Shown piece by piece: positions 41,991-44,240 of a DNA stretch of 44,240 bases. Both the position numbers and the translations under genes were made by a program. Where the stretch lies: positions 1-44,240 of the forward strand of contig JASGJN010000003.1 of assembly GCA_049840735.1 (NCBI GenBank). The letters are read 5' to 3'. The notes below the pieces were generated by a model. That model ran no database searches, was not told the origin of the DNA, and saw only the letters and a program-made list of their open reading frames with translations. This stretch comes from Anaeromyxobacter sp. Lineage in GTDB: Bacteria; Myxococcota; Myxococcia; Myxococcales; Anaeromyxobacteraceae. Each line of letters begins with the position of its first letter. Position 1 is the stretch's first letter.

Positions 41991-44125
41991 GTGTCCGGAG
42001 GTTTCACCGATCGTCATGGGTTGCAGGTCGCGGACGAGCTGGCCGACTTCATCGAGGAGCGGGCGCTGCCGGGCACCGGCATTTCGGCCGACGCCTTCTG
42101 GGCAGGCGCGGCCGACATCTACGCGCGGTTCACCCCCGAGAACGCAGCGCTGCTCGCAAAGCGCGACGACCTTCAGGCGAAGATCGACGACTGGCACCGG
42201 GCGCCGCACGGCCAGCCGCATCGACATGGCGGCCTATCAGGCGTTTCTCGAGCGAGATCGGCTATCTGGTGCCCGAGCCCGCGCCCTTCCGGATCGGCCC
42301 CGGCCAACGTCGATCCCGAGATCGCGACGACCGCCGGGGCCGCAGCTTGTCGTGCCGGTGCTCAACGCCCGCTTCCTGCTCAACGCCGCCAATGCGCGCT
42401 GGGGCAGCCTCTACGACGCGCTCTACGGCACCGACGCGATCGCCGGCGCGCGCCGCCGGCCAAGGGCTATGATCGCGGCGCGCGGCGCGCAGGTGATCGC
42501 CTGGGCCAAGGCCTTCCTCGACGAGGCCGTGCCCGCTTGCATCGGGCAAGCTGGGCCGACTTGACGGGCGGTGACACTCGTGCTCGCCGATCCGTCGCAG
42601 TTCGTCGGGCGCGCCGGGCGACAATCTCCTGTTCCGGCACAACGGTCTGCACATCGAGCTGGTGATCGACCGCGACCCATCCCGATCGGCTCGGACCGAC
42701 CCGGCGGGGATCGCCGACGTCATCCTCGAAGCGGCGCTCGACCACGATCTGCGACCTTGAGGACTTCGATCGCGGCGGTCGACGCGCGAGGACAAGATCG
42801 CGGCCTATGCCAACTGGCTCGGCCTGATGCAGCGGCGATCTTGAGGAGACGTTCGAGAAGGGCGGTCGGCATGATCACGCGCCTGCTCGGACCCCGACCG
42901 CGCGCTATACCGCCCCCGACGGCGCCAGCTTCACTCTGCCACGGCCGCAGCCTGCTGCTCGTGCGCAATGTCGGCCACCTGATGACAACTCCGGCGGTCC
43001 GCTTGTCCGATGGCAGCGGAAGCGCCCGAAGGTATCCTCGACGCGATCGTCACCAGCCTGATCGCGCTGCACGACTTCAAGGGCCTCGCACTCCAACAGC
43101 CGCGGCGGGCTCGATCTATATCGTCAAGCCGAAGATGCATGGGCCGGAGGAAGCCGCCTTCACCAACCGCCTGTTCGACGCGGTCGAGGATCTGCTGGGC
43201 CTTGCCCGCCACACCATCAAGATCGGCGTGATGGACGAGGAGCGGCGCACCTCCGCCAACCTCGCCGCCTGCATCGATGCGGTGAAGGACCGGATCGTCT
43301 TCATCAACACCGGCTTCCTCGATCGCACCGGCGACGAGATGCACACCTCGATGCACGCCGGCCCGATGATCCGCAAGGGCGAGATGAAGACGAGCCGACT
43401 GGATCGACGCCTATGAGGATCGCAACGTCCAGATCGGCCTCGCCTGCGGCCTGTCCGGGCAAGGCGCAGATCGGCAAGGGCATGTGGGCCGCGCCCGACC
43501 GGATGGCCGACATGCTCGACGCAGAAGATCGGCCATCCGATGACCGGGCGCCAACACCGCCTGGGTGCCCCTCGCCGACCGCCGCGACGCTGCACGCGAC
43601 CCACTATCACCAGGTCGACGTGCTTCGCCCGCCAGGCCGAGCGCAAGGCCGAGCCGGTCGCCGGCCGCTCGACGCGCTGCTGACGATTCCGCTTGCGGCC
43701 GGCGCGCAACTGGTCGGCCGCAGGAGATCGCGCGACGAGCTCGACAACAATGCGCAGGGCATCCTCGGCTATGTCGTGCGCTGGATCGACCAGGGCGTCG
43801 GCTGCTCCAAGGTGCCGGACATCCACGATGTCGGCCTGATGGAGGACCGCGCGACCCTGCGCATCTCGTCGCAGCATATCGCCAACTGGCTGCTCCACGG
43901 CGTCGTGCACGCGAGCGACGAGGTCGACGCCGCGCTCAGCGCGGATGGCCGCGAAGGTCGATGCGCAGAATGCCGGCGATCCGCTCTACCGGCCCGATGG
44001 CCGGACGAGCCGGACGGCATCGCCTTCCAGGCCGCGCGCGCGCTGGTGTTCGAGGGGGCGGCGCAGCCCAACGGCTATACCGAGCCGCTGCTGCACCGGT
44101 TCCGGCGAAGGCGAAAACACGCTGA
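41991..44125 (+). CDS. glcB: Malate synthase G, many indels (raw-read quality)
   Basis: [97 protein letters not shown]. Confidence 0.9.
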
Positions 44126-44179
44126 GCCAAGTCATTTGGACAAATGGACAGCCCGATCGCTGATTGCGATGCGGAGAAT

Positions 44180-44240
44180 AGGTGCTGTTCGGATTCGATT
44201 CCCATTACCTTAGCAACACCAACCGAACGAAGACACATAG
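44180..44240 (-). other. Residual Oxford Nanopore native barcode + adapter (technical sequence)
   Basis: AGGTGCTG-[TTCGGATTC..TTCCC]-TTACCTT-AGCAACACCAACCGAACGAAG resembles the reverse-complemented ONT flank AGGTGCTG..TTAACCTT and adapter AGCAATACGTAACTGAACGAAG (recalled from memory). Confidence 0.8.

Overview
Very GC-rich bacterial DNA whose gene content suggests an Anaeromyxobacter-like Myxococcota host (inference). Positions 1-40.6 kb hold housekeeping and envelope genes: TRAP permease, methyltransferase, GDPD, ppc, alpha-amylase, asparaginase-like protein, ABC-F, MFS, MarR-MacAB efflux, YcaQ-type glycosylase and several large secreted proteins. The highlight is a tightly coupled 9-gene minus-strand operon (13863-20780) that looks like a complete, membrane-anchored, eukaryote-like ubiquitin system. 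Its order is B-box-TM, B-box-TM, Ubl, E1, JAB/Rpn11-like peptidase-TM, multi-TM-FHA, RING-Zn ribbon-TM, DUF4190-trypsin protease, E2. It is preceded by a hairpin that pairs with the RBS and by a palindromic site. Most single-base frameshifts in the first 40.6 kb sit at GATC and look like Nanopore methylation artefacts rather than pseudogenes. The last ~3.6 kb (thiolase and glcB) appears to be a chimeric, unpolished read from another organism, ending in a residual ONT barcode/adapter. All family calls come from motif recognition by eye; no database searches were run.
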